A stretch of 64,000 nucleotides of DNA. Source: Sminthopsis crassicaudata (lineage: Eukaryota). The stretch is taken from contig NC_133618.1 in the NCBI RefSeq assembly GCF_048593235.1, positions 453,386,947-453,450,946 of the forward strand, in the 5' to 3' direction. Under the pieces are notes generated by a model, which ran no database searches, had not been told where the DNA came from, and saw only the letters and a program-made list of their open reading frames with translations. The position numbers and the translations under genes were made by a program. Positions 1-11,616 of this stretch are shown piece after piece; within the stretch, counting starts at the first letter, position 1; the number at the start of each line of letters is the position of its first letter.

Positions 1-1349
1 GAGAGAGTGGAAGGGGGAGCAGGGGAGATTGTTTGACTACATTATATGATTAATTAAAAGTTCATGTCACCACATCTGAAGCCTATGTTCTGATCTCTTC
101 AGCATATGTTGCTTTTATTGAGATGCTTGGGTGCTATTTCAGAGCCAGAGGGATAGGATATTTGCTTTCCTGTTTCCATAAATGTGACAGTGAACCCCAT
201 CCCATCATCCTGCTAAAACTCAAAACACTTATTTGGCACTGATGCTCACCCTTTCTGGGCCTCTGTAGTGGGAAAGAGCAATAGACTGGAAGTAAGGAGA
301 CTTGAGGTTCCAATTCTTGCATTGATTTGTTGTGGGACTTGAGAAAGTCCTATATAGGGAGCACAGAGTGTTAAAGCTAAAAGGGACCTGAAAACGTCAA
401 GTATAACATATTTGAGATGGGAGAAATTTTGTAACAGAGGGATCTCAAAAGGTAGTTTAGAACTGAAATGGCTCTGAGAGTGGGAATGAGATATAGAATG
501 TTGGAGTTGCAGAGAACCTTATTTAGAGCATGGAATGAGAAAGCTGGAAGGAACTTGAGAGACTGCTTTATTCAGAGGTTCTTGATCTATTCTTGTGTCC
601 TGAACCTATACGATGGTCTGGTGAAGGCAAATGAAGGTCTCAAAGAAAACTTTTTAAATGCAAAAGCTAAAACCATAACTCTATTAAGGAAACAAATTGT
701 TCTGAAGTATGATTATTGATTTTTTAAAATCACAGAACCCAGGTTCAGAATCCCTGATTTGGGCCAATCATTTCATTTTATAGAGGGTTAAATGAGGGAA
801 TGTTGTTATGTTCCAGACCTAGGACTAAAACTTAATTCTTCTAATTATCTATCTAGATTTTCCCCTGATTTGTCTTCTCCTGAGTGTAGAATCAAATAAA
901 AAGAAATGAATGTGAAATGGTTACAGATGAAAGGGGAAAGGACTTTCAAGCTGTCTTTGCTCTCCATCCTAAAAGAAGGCACTCTGTGGCAATTCAGCCT
1001 AGAGGAGGCACTAGCAGGGGATTGAATACAGACTCTTTCTTCTCCTCTCAGGCTCCCAGCTATGGCCTAGAACACGGGCATCTGACTCATGTGCTTTTCC
1101 AATGTCCAGAGGATGGCCAGGCAAGTTCCACAAGTCTCCCTTATAATAAAATACCAGTTCAGTGCCAAGTAGCTAACAGAAGAACAAGGAGGGGAAGTGA
1201 GAGCCAAAAAACATTTTCACCCAAGGTCAGTAAGTCAACAAGAATTTCTTAAGTGATAACTATGTGCGAGGCTTTGTACGAAATATTAGAGTTAGTGAAA
1301 GGCAAAAACAGTCCCTGATGTTGAATAGTTCACTTTTTAATGAAAAAGT

Positions 1350-1590
1350 TGTTATTCAGTCATTTTCAGTCATGTTCAGCTTCATGATCCCATCTGACAT
1401 TTTCTTGGCAAATACTGCAGTGGTTTGCCATTTCCTTCTTCAGCTCATTTTACAAATGAGGAAATCAAGGCAACAGGGTTAAATGACTTGTCCAGTCACC
1501 CAGCTAGTAAGTATCGGAAGCCAGATTTGAATTCAGTTCCTCCTGACTCCAGGGCCAGTGGTGTTCTATCCGCTTTCCCATTTAGCTGCC
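1350..1590 (-). mobile_element. MAR1/MIR-family CORE-SINE
   Basis: Antisense CORE block cattttacaaatgaggaaatcaaggc plus gatttgaattcagttcctcctgactcc (reverse B-box region). Confidence 0.75.
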
Positions 1591-1654
1591 ATTTAATGAG
1601 AGAGATAATACCTAGATAGGTATGTATAAGCAACATACAGAGTAAATAAAAGTT

Positions 1655-1835
1655 AATGTCAGAGTTTGCAGGGACCTTCAAGATCATCTTGTCCATTCTC
1701 CTGTGTCTCAATAAATGAATCCCCTCTTTAACGTCATTAAAAATGGTTGTCTAGTCTTTATTTAAAGATGTCAAATGTTGGGGTGTTTATTGTTTTATGA
1801 GATAAGCTGTTCTATCTTTAGCTAACTCTCCTATG
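1655..1835 (-). mobile_element. L3/CR1 (MIR3-type) 3' end fragment
   Basis: gggaccttcaagatcatcttgtcc...gaatcccctctttaac...ggttgtctagtc pattern resembles the antisense L3 tail. Confidence 0.55.
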
Positions 1836-3089
1836 TTTCCTGATTAACCTTTGTATTCCATGAACAGCAGAGGGTTGAGGAAGCCTTCGTTAGACAAACC
1901 TCCACTGAACAGGCTGAGCAAATATCCAAAGCCAAAATATCTTCGTTAATAAAAAGAGCTGGTGGCCCCACTAATGGGGAGGGAGCAATTCATAAAGCTC
2001 AGAAAAGCTCATGGGGAGTCTTGTTTATATTCCTTCGCTCAGAGTGGAAGCTCTGGGCTCAGGGCTAGGGGCTGGGAAAATGCTTCACCTTCCCCCTGCC
2101 AGGCTCAGCCGGATGCCACGTTCCTGCCGGCATTTTTTAATAATTGAGAACTTAATGAAAACGACAGAGAAACAGTCATTGCCGCCAGCAATGGAACCTG
2201 GCCACTGTCTGGTGACCCAGCAGTGCCTGGCAGGGTGGTGGGTGGGAGGCCGCAGGAATGGATGGGGTACCAGGAGAAGCCGGCGAAGGCAGAAGAGGAA
2301 GAGGAAGAAGAGGAAGCAGATGGGTACCAGGATAGAAACACAGTGGTGTGTGGCCTGTTGGAAAGGGCCTTGGCCTGCGACCCACACTGCCCGCCTAGTT
2401 TTGCTACTAACTGCTGTTAGATTTTAGGGAAGGTACTTTCACCATCTTGATCTCAAATTTTGAGAATCAAAGTTTGATTCTCAGGTCCCTTTAACTCTAA
2501 GGAACCTTCAGATTTCTCAGTCTGGTGTTTTATCCCAGGAACCCTTCAATTTCTGATATCTATGATTCTATGATCCAAGGTGAAATGCTTCTAAGAAGTG
2601 GCCAGGCCTTCTCCTATAGGACAGTGAGCCATTGTCCAAGGCTAATAAGGAAAGCAAGCTGTTTTTGTGTTCCCAGTTTCAGTTGGTGCAGAAAATAGCA
2701 ATGGCATACAAATAGGAAAAAAAAAATACCAGTGGCCCAAGCCCCTTTGCACAAGTCTTCAGGCTATAGACCCACTTCGTTTAGTGGAGATTGTCTACAC
2801 ATGGGTCCCTTGACTTTTTAAAGTTTCTGTGGATTAAAGTGATAAATCCAGTGATGAGAGATATCAAAAAAAGGGGAAGGATCTACCTCATGAAGTGGTG
2901 AATTCCTCATTTAAGCAAAATGGAATAGCTACTTACTGGATTCATATACTTAACTGAGAAGTAAGGTTTATTGTAGAACTAACTTCTTTTCCAGCTTTAA
3001 AATTTTATGATCCAATTCTAAGATTCTATCATTTTATGAGTCTATGAATCCATAGGTCTAAGATTCAAGGACTCTTTTAAAAATTTTGT

Positions 3090-3230
3090 TTGGGATTTTT
3101 TGGTGAAGGAATTTTGGGATTAAGTGACTTGCCCAAGATCTGCCTAAGACACTTGCCCAAGTGTCTGAGTTTGGATTTGAATGCAGGTCCTGACTCCCGT
3201 GCTTATGCTCTATCCACTGTGCCTTCTACT
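3090..3230 (-). mobile_element. WSINE1/MAR1-like SINE
   Basis: taagtgacttgcccaag...ggatttgaatgcaggtcctgactcc...ctctatccactgtgcc is the antisense tRNA-derived SINE head. Confidence 0.75.
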
Positions 3231-4999
3231 CACTCCCAGTTCAAGAATTCTAAGAAATCTAAGGATCTATGATTCTCTGAATTTCTAATTCTAAGACTCT
3301 ATGAGTCTTACAATCTAGTATTCTTTGAGTATTCAAAGGATAGTTGCCCGAGAAAAGGAGTCATAATATATCCCCTAAAGCTCCTTGTTTCTCACAGGGG
3401 AGCACGGATAGGATGTAAGAAGGAATAGAGAAGAAGCCCCTGGTCCTAGTCATGGGGCTTTAATCTAGAACAGAAAGTGGGCTGGACCTGTTCTGTGAAG
3501 GGAGAGAATGCAAAGCAAATGGAATGGCCTCGTGCCTTGAACTGATGTTTACCAAATCCACCAAAATTACAATCCAGTCCTGTCATTTTAGAGAAAGAGG
3601 CCACAGTCCAGAGTCCAGAGCAAAGTGAATTTCCCTGGATCACGCAGCTACGGACAGACACAAGGAGCCTTGGTTAACTTTTAGAGGGACCCTAAAAGAT
3701 AATAAAAATAATCATAAATTTGTTTATATAACCTCAGGGCATACAGAGCATCTTTTATACAATAATAACCCAGCAAGGCAGATAATGTCAGCTTTAGTCC
3801 CATTTAACAAAGGAGTATCTCTGAGTGTCTGGATTGTCCATGATGACACAGCTAATAAATGTCAGAGTCTTTTGAATTTAGAACATCAGGGATGGATGAG
3901 ATCTTAAAAATCTATAAGCTCATCGATTTAGACTTGGAAAGGATCTTCGAGAGACAAGGCAAGGTTAAGGTCCCCAAAGATTTGAACTCAGATGACTCCA
4001 GGGTTCTTTCTGCTGTTCTAAGCTGCTCCTCAATCATGGAATCCAACTGCTTCATTTTATTGATGGAGAAACCAAGGCTCAGACAAGGGAAGGAATTGCT
4101 CAATGTCATGGAGAGTTAGTGGAACAGCAGAATGGATGTCAAGTCTTTGGAGAGAGAAATGAAATTTAAGAGAGCAAGTAAGCGAGCCAGTGAGCCTCGG
4201 CAAGGGGCAATGGGATCTGGATGTGATTAGTGGTGGGTTTTCAGGCCGGGGAGGAATGTGCAGCCACATTCTCCCTACAGGTTGCTGTTCCCTTTTTTCC
4301 TTGCTTTCAAATGTTCCCCTTGGAGCCTGTTCTTGCCCGGCTTTGTATCCTGTTTATGTGGCCGACAAATTGAATTTTCAGAATTGGCCGTCAAACAAAG
4401 TCAGCCTAATACATTGGAGGGTTTATTTCACTCAATGTTATTTCTTGGTGGGAAGCCCAGGCTCTGGGTGCCCAGAGGAAGCTCGTGGTAGCTTCCAAAT
4501 GCTGAGCCATCAGGCCACGGAGGAGAAGAACATAGGCAAGTCTGAAGGGGGTGACCATGGTGGGATGCGGCTGTAGGACAATGGTCTTGAGTGATTGTCT
4601 CTTGAGTTTCCTCTTTCTCATGTTCCCTTTTGGATCACTTGCCTTATGTCTCAGCTTTTTTTGGTCTTGTCTCCTGGCTGACAATGTACTTTGCATGTTG
4701 GTTATTAGTCCTCTACTCCCCTTATCTATTTCTTTTTCCCTCAGAGATCTAATTTATTCCCATGGTTTCATTTCTAATTTACCCCTAATTCCAACATCTC
4801 CCAAATCTCTATATTCATCCCTGCTCTCTTACCCAGATCCCAGACCCTTTATCATTTAACCAATCAGTGAACTAATCTACAAGCAACATGATTGAGGGAA
4901 TAGTTAAACAAATTGTAGTACACGAATGTAATACTGCTACATAATAAGACAATGAATTTGCAGAATACAGAGGATCATGAGAAAACTTGAAGGACCTGA

Positions 5000-5210
5000 C
5001 ACAGAATAGAGTTGTTTGTCTTTTATTTTCAAAGAGAACTAATGACATCATGTCTTGACTTGCAGGGAATTGGATTTAAGCGAGGCAGAATTGCATAAAG
5101 TCATCAATCTCACTCTCTCTCCCAGAGTCATCAAAATTTAGTGGCAGGACCAAAGACAAGATGACTGGCAATGGCTCAAGATTCAGTGGGTGACCTCATC
5201 AACCTTGATG
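5000..5210 (-). mobile_element. RTE-related marsupial SINE fragment (WALLSI/RTESINE-like)
   Basis: gaactaatgacatcatgtcttgacttg...gaattggatttaag...aaagtcatcaatctcactctc pattern recalled from marsupial RTE-mobilised SINEs. Confidence 0.5.
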
Positions 5211-5289
5211 GGAGAGATATACTTAGAAATTAAAGTTACATAAAAACAAAATATATAAGTGAATTTTTAAAGAAAAAGAATGAAATTTA

Positions 5290-5860
5290 AAAAATTCTCA
5301 ATCAATACATATTTGTTAAGTGCATATATATTATGTGCTAGAATTTTCTAGTTACTGGGGAGACAAAACAAAAATGAAGCATTCCCTGACCTCAAGAAGC
5401 TTAGGTCTACGAAGGGAGACAACATATACATGTGTATATAAAATACACATACTATGAATATAAAGTAGTTTTAGTGAGGAATGCACCAGTAGATTGGGAT
5501 TGGAGTTAAGGAACAACCTATTGTAGAAAGTCACACTAGAGCTGAATTTTAAAGGAAACTAAAGATTCTGAGAAGTGGAAAAAAGGAGAAATGGAGGGCA
5601 TTTTAGACATGAGGGACAACCTGTGCAAAAGCACAAAGAAAGGAGCAGCAAAGGGTCATCCTAAACCTAAGCCAAGAAGGGCAAGTTGGAGTTAGGTTGT
5701 AAAGAACTTCAGATGACATATGGAGGAGTTTTATATTTAATCCTAGCAGAAACACAACAAAATATGATGTATAAAAGATGATTGCTCTTTTGAGCAATGC
5801 AAGCAATACAATGATCCTGGACAGTGCCAAAAGAATCAGGATAGAAAATGCTGCCCATAT
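5290..5860 (-). mobile_element. L2 LINE 3' fragment
   Basis: Antisense L2 tail (tcaatcaatacatatttgttaag...tgtgcta...gggagacaaaac...cattccctgacctcaagaagctta) followed by purine-rich L2 body. Confidence 0.7.
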
Positions 5861-5869
5861 CCAGAGGAA

Positions 5870-6180
5870 AAAAAAACTATAGAATCTGAATGCAGATGAA
5901 AACATACTATTTCTATTTTTTAAAACTTTGGTTTTTGTTTTTTTCTTTCTTGTGCTTTTCTCCTTTTGTTCTGATTCTTCTTTCTCAACAAGACTAATAT
6001 GGAAATGTGTTTAACGTGATTATACATGTATAGTGTATATACATGATGGATTGCTTACTGTCTTTGGGAGGGAAGGAAGAAAGGAAGAAAATTTGAAACT
6101 CAGAATTTTATAAAAACGAATGCTGAAAACTATCTTTACATGTAATTGAGGGAAAAAATAAAAATACTATTAAGTAGGAA
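5870..6180 (+). mobile_element. L1 3' UTR fragment
   Basis: gaatctgaatgcagatg...ccttttgttctgattcttct...aatatggaaatgtgtttaac...aaaatactatt, then A-rich tail; same motif set recurs at 41450-41770 and 45400-45660. Confidence 0.8.
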
Positions 6181-6519
6181 AAAAAGAAACAAAACAGAAA
6201 ACTTGAGTTAGTGGATTCTTAGCTCTCAGATCCTGAGCATTTCTGTGGGAAATCCAGAGTCTCAGGAGGCCAGAGGTACTAGAGGACCTATTCTTTGGGG
6301 CACTTTAAGATTGAGGGTCTTGCTCCATAGGGAGGGTATGTTCTGGATATATCCCCCTCACACTCCACCACCACCACCATCTTGGGATAGTGTTGAGTAT
6401 TAACATTGGTTATTTTCTAATCTACCCAACTGGTCAGCTCTCGCTGCTTCCAAAATGTTGTCATCTGATCCTCTGAGGAGTGACCAGCCAGGAAATTGAT
6501 TCTTGGTCATCACAGAATG

Positions 6520-6770
6520 GGCAGGGAGGTGACACGGTGGATAAAGCACCAGGTCTGGAGTAGGCAAACCCGAGTTCAAATCTAGCCTCAGACACTTACT
6601 AGCTGTGTCATCTGGGAAAGTCACTTAACCCTGTTTGCCTCAGTTTCCTCATCTGTGAAATGAGGCAGAGAAGAAAATGGCAAACGACTTATAGTACTCT
6701 GCCAAGAAAATCTCACATAGGGTCATGAAGAGTCAGACACAACTGAAAATACTGAACACCAATATTATCA
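6520..6770 (+). mobile_element. MAR1-type SINE (tRNA head, CORE, RTE-like tail)
   Basis: gtggataaagcacc...gagttcaaatctagcctcagacacttactagctgtg...cagtttcctcatctgtgaaatg...aaatggcaaac...gagtcagacacaactgaa. Confidence 0.85.
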
Positions 6771-7539
6771 CAGAATGTAATGTATGTAGTGTGGGGGCTG
6801 TTTTCCTCTCCATTTTTAGTTAGAAGACTAACTCCCAGCTCTTGCTCACTTACCTAAGTAATTCAGACTCACTAGTTTTGCTGGAGAAAAGTCTTTTTTC
6901 CTTGTTTCTTCTCTTTGTACTTTCATTCTTATTCATCTCAGCCATATCCACTCTCCAATGCTCTCCAAGAAATCCCTGCTTATACTTTCATAGGATCATA
7001 CATTTAGTTTGAAGAAGCCTTAGAGTTCACCAGGCTCAATCCCCCAATTTCACAGGTGAAGTCTAAAGTCTAGAGTAGTTAAGCTATTTGTCCGGGGTGA
7101 CCCAACTAGTTTTTAGAGCAGAATTTGAATCTAGGTTTTCCTAACCCGAATCCTGCAGTCTCTACTACAGCATACTGCCTCTCTGGTAACACATCCTTTT
7201 CACCTGAGTTCTCTTCATATTACATTCTTTACATTTTCTAATTGGCTGAATTTAGAAAATACTGCATTTCTTCCCCTTTATAGGATGCTCCATCTTATAT
7301 GCTTCCAGATAATGTGCCACAGAAAGGGTAAGCATGCTCCCTGCTCCAAGATGCCATTTTCAGACCGTCTCTTTGCTACCATCACTTAGGAACCTCCCCT
7401 TTTTTGTTATTCACTTCATCTACTTGTATCACCTCTTTCAGATCCTTATTTCAGTACTGAGCAATCTATCTGCCATTCTCTCTCCTTTCTCAAGATGTTC
7501 TGCATGTGGTTCAGTTTTCCCTTTCCTTTAAATTGTTTT

Positions 7540-8105
7540 GATATTTATTTATTAATTCTTTTAGTTTTCAACATTCATTTTTATAAGATCCTGAGTCAAA
7601 GCAGCTAGATGGTGCAATGGATAGACCACCAGCCCTGAAGTCAGGAGGACCTGAGTTCAAATATGGCCTCAAACACTTCACAGCTGTGTGACCCTGGGAA
7701 AGTCACTTAATCCCAGTTGCCTCAGCCAAAAAGATTTTTCTCTCTCCTCCTTTCTTCTCTCCCTCCTCAAGACAGTAAGCAATCTGATATATGCTATACA
7801 TATACAATCAATCACATTAATCATATTTCCACATTTGTCATGTTATGAAAGAAGAATCAGAACAGAAGGGGAAAACCACAAGAAAGAAAAAAACAAAAGA
7901 AAAGTGAAAATAGCATATTTCTATCTGCAATTAGACTTCATAGTTTTTTTCTCTGGTTTTTTTCTCATAGCATTTTCCATCATGAATCTTTCAGAATTGT
8001 CTTAGATCATTGTATAGTTGAGAAGAGCTAAATCTATCATAATTGTTCATCAAACAATGTTGCTGTACTATGTATAATGTTCTCCTGATTCTGCTCACTT
8101 CGGTT
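7540..8105 (-). mobile_element. L1 3' fragment interrupted by a WSINE1-like SINE
   Basis: Antisense L1 3' UTR (ttttcaacattcattttt...aagcaatctgatat...aagaatcagaac) split by the SINE at about 7600-7730. Confidence 0.75.
7600..7732 (+). mobile_element. WSINE1-like short SINE
   Basis: cagctagatggtgcaatggatagaccaccagccctgaagtcaggaggacctgagttcaaat...gtcacttaatcccagttgcctcagccaaaaag; near-identical to 24295-24430. Confidence 0.85.
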
Positions 8106-8960
8106 TTCCTTTCCATCCCAAGACCTGACCCATATTAAGAGACTTCAACATACATGCTGATGCTTTCTTGAACACCCTGGCTTTCCAATTAATTATTCTC
8201 AACTCCCATGCCCTCTATCTTCATTCCACATTCCATCTCATCCACCCATAGGAACTGCCATATTTTAGATCTTACCAACACTCATAATTTTGGAGCAATT
8301 TATTGAGTAGGGATGACAAGGTCAGATATGTACTTTGAATAGATTACTTTAATAGCTGAGTGAATGTGATGCTGTCATTCACTTTCTATTGCCTCTAGAA
8401 TAAAATACAAACTCTACAGTTTGGGAAGTAGATCCTTCTACAACCTTGCTTCCCCCTATCTTTTTAGATTTATTCACTTTCTTCTTTATGCACTTGATGT
8501 TCAGTCACATTGACTCTCTAGCCATTCTTCAAATTTCACTTTCCATGTCCCTCCTCTTTGCTTTTGCACAGTCTATATCCTCTACCTAACATTCCACCTC
8601 TCCTCTCCTCTGGTTCTTATAATCCCTAGCTCATTTCAGAGTTTTTTTCAGTCAGTCCTACAATTCCTTCTCCCCACTCCCACCCTTAACTAGAGATCTT
8701 GTCATTTTAAAAAGAAGCCATGCTCATTTTTAATCTAGCTCCAACTCTCCAAACTAGTTTTCCATTTTGACCCCAATGGGCATCTCTGTTCCTTGTTTTG
8801 TTCCCTTTAATTTGTGGTCTTCCCTCATTAGAATATAAACTTCTTAAGGACAAGAACAATCTTTCTTTTTCCTTAGACTTAAATTCCCTCCACTTTGTAT
8901 AGTGTCTGGCACATAAAAAAGCACTTTAAAAATGTCTTATCTAATATTTTTCTAAATTAT
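8105..8960 (+). mobile_element. L2 LINE fragments
   Basis: Pyrimidine-rich L2 body ending in the typical tail cctcattagaatataaacttcttaaggacaag...agtgtctggcacataaaaaagcact. Confidence 0.65.
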
Positions 8961-9214
8961 CTTGCCTTTCCTTATTTCTATATATGTTATATAGAAATAC
9001 AACCAATTCTACTCCAAGTGGAATGAAAACTCATAAAGATCAGGAGTTGCCAGCAACTAGCGATATACCCTGATTATAGTAATCACTGATGTATCCTTTG
9101 AATTAAATTGAATTGAAAAAGCTAGAATGGGCTTTGGGACACAAAATCCAACATGTGAGAACTAGACCAGATTTTGAGACCATTTCTTTTATAAATAGGG
9201 CTTCCATTTTTCTG

Positions 9215-10015
9215 TCTAGGGCATCACCCATCCTTCCTGTATATCCTTCCTGCACCTCGGAGTCATATTTAGCTCCTCACCTGACATACCCAATCCATTG
9301 CCAAATCTTGCCATTTCTACCTCTGTGGAATCCATTCCCTTCTTTCTATTCACATTGCCACCCTTTACCTGGGGCTCCAATTATCTCTTGCTCAGACTAT
9401 TGCCATAAGCTCCTGCTTGATTTTCCTATCTCAGGTTTCTCCTCCTTCCAATCCATCTTCCACCTTGTTGCCACAGTGATTTTCCTTAAAGCATGGAACT
9501 GACTTTGTCGCTCCCCTCCTCAATAAATTCCAATGGCCACCTATTATATCTAGGGTCAAAGAGAAAGTCTTCTATTTGGCATTTAAATTCCTTCACAACT
9601 TGTCTCCAAACCTACCTTTGCAACTTCATCATTTATTATTCTCCTTCATATACTTTACATCTGGCCAAACTCGCTTTCTTATTATTCCTCACACAACATT
9701 CTAATTCTCATCTCCAAGCCCTTGGACAAACAATGTTCCTCATTCCTAGAATATATTCTCTCCTCACTTTGGGCTATTAAAATCTCTGGTTTCCTTCAAA
9801 CTCAATTCAAATGATTCCCTCTGTTGCTTGTGTCTCCACCCCAAAATTCTATATTTACATTTATTTATACATAATTTCTATGTATCATGCATAGATGTCA
9901 TTTCCATCATTAGACTGTATCTTGAGATCTAGAACTATTTCATTTTTATATTTTATCACTAGACCACCTGACACATACTAGATACTTCATAAATACTTTT
10001 TGACTGATTGATTGT
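9215..10015 (+). mobile_element. L2 LINE 3' fragment
   Basis: tcttgctcagactattgccataagctcctg...ccaatccatcttccac...gatttt, ending in acacatactagatacttcataaatac...tgattgattg. Confidence 0.75.
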
Positions 10016-10061
10016 ACAATTAATCCCCAGTGAAAGAAGGAGATTTTTCCTATGAAAGTAT
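9682..10061 (+). repeat. Local direct duplication, copy 1 (copy 2 at 11216-11616)
   Basis: Long identical runs such as ttggacaaacaatgttcctcattcctagaatatattctctcctcactttgggctattaaaat and tgattgattgtacaattaatccccagtgaa occur in both copies; about 90% identity by eye. Confidence 0.92.
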
Positions 10062-10761
10062 ATATGAAATAATTTCATATGTATAATTGATATTGTATTT
10101 TTGCCTTCTAAATGGATGAAAGGAGGGAGAGAATCTGGAACTCAAAATTTAAAAAGAAAAGAATGTTTTAAGAAATAATAAATTTTTAAAGAGGGAAAAA
10201 GAATGTTAAAAAGAATATTTTTTTAAAAATTCCCTAAGGAAGTTGCCTTGGAAGCCTGTTCTAAACTCCCCTGGATACATTTATCTTGAACATCTGCTTC
10301 TCCATCAAATCTGGGGCAATAGTTTTGAACTTGAAGACAAGAACCACAATTCCATGACATATTTGACCTCATTCTGTCCATACAACCTCTATTAATAACT
10401 GCCAATTATCTGGATAAAGGAAGATTTTTTTTATTGGAAAGTGATCTTGTCATGTTTCACTTTGGGCCCCAACCTGTGTGCCCCATCATAGACTATGTCT
10501 ATGTAAGCTATCGAAGAAAGGCAGATCCGTACCACAGAAAAGTATTGAGATTGACCTTAAGGTCAATTGATAATTCCATTTATCATCTTGCCACAAAATG
10601 GCAACCTATGAAAGTTTTCTAATAGACTAACTTTTTTAAAAAATGAATTTTAAAGAAATTCAATCCATAGGACAGGAAGAGAATGGTTCTAGGTAGGAGT
10701 TAATGTAAGTCTCAGTTACTAGTTTACAACAAATGAAATCTTTGATCCTAGATTGTCTAAA

Positions 10762-10990
10762 GCAGGACTTCTTAAAGTCTTAAGTCCTTTAAAGTCTTAA
10801 GCTTTTTTTTTAAGTCATGATCCCTTTTCACCCAAGAAATTTTTTGTGACCTCAGGTATATAGATATATAAAATAGCTATACAAATCAAACATTTACTGA
10901 TAATATATCATAATTTTATTCCCACACACACACACACACATTCAGTACACAACCCTATATGGGGCTATGATCCACATTTTAAGAAGCTCT
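10762..10990. mobile_element. hAT/Charlie-type MITE with internal (CA)n
   Basis: Imperfect terminal inverted repeats (caggacttcttaa ... tttaagaagct), flanks resembling the NTCTAGAN Charlie target (gtctaaag / gtctagga), a duplicated ttaaagtcttaag near the left end and (CA)n at about 10922-10940. Confidence 0.6.
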
Positions 10991-11215
10991 AGTCTAGGAC
11001 TCTCAAAAAGTTTTGTCAGAGGAATACCATTAATTAGGCTCTATAAAGCAGTTGGGACCAGACCTTTAGCCAGATAAAAACTGTTCCCTTCTCCTGCTAG
11101 TGTTTGATTTGGCTGGTCCTTTGATTCTTTCTTACCCCATTCATGGCTTGTCTCCTTCTTTAGTGGCCTATAATTTCACCTATTTGGCCTCCTCTCTAAA
11201 TTCATCACCTGCTTG

Positions 11216-11616
11216 TTATTCTTCACACAATATTCCAGTTCTCATCTCCAAGCCTTTGGACAAACAATGTTCCTCATTCCTAGAATATATTCTCTCCTCA
11301 CTTTGGGCTATTAAAATTTCTGGTTTCCTTCAAACTCAACTCAAATGATTCCCTCTATTGCTTTTGTCTCCCTCCACCCCAAAATTCTAATATTTGCATT
11401 TATTTACAAATAATTTGTATGTATTTATAAACATAGATGTCATTTCCATCACTAGACTGTAAGTATCTTGAGATCTAGAACTATTTCATTTTTGTATTTT
11501 ATCACTAGAGCTAACATACCACCTGGCACACACTAGGTACTTCATAAATACTTTTTGAGTGATTGATTGTACAATTAATCCCCAGTGAAGGAAAGAGATT
11601 TTCCCTATGAAAGTAT
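11216..11616 (+). repeat. Local direct duplication, copy 2
   Basis: Matches 9682-10061 with small indels and includes the same non-L2 flank ending cctatgaaagtat. Confidence 0.92.

Noticed and set aside
2011-2427. 138-aa ORF and overlapping poly-Glu, poly-Ser and basic ORFs
   Set aside because: Driven by a short (GAR)n tract; no recognisable domain, and ORFs overlap in several frames on both strands.
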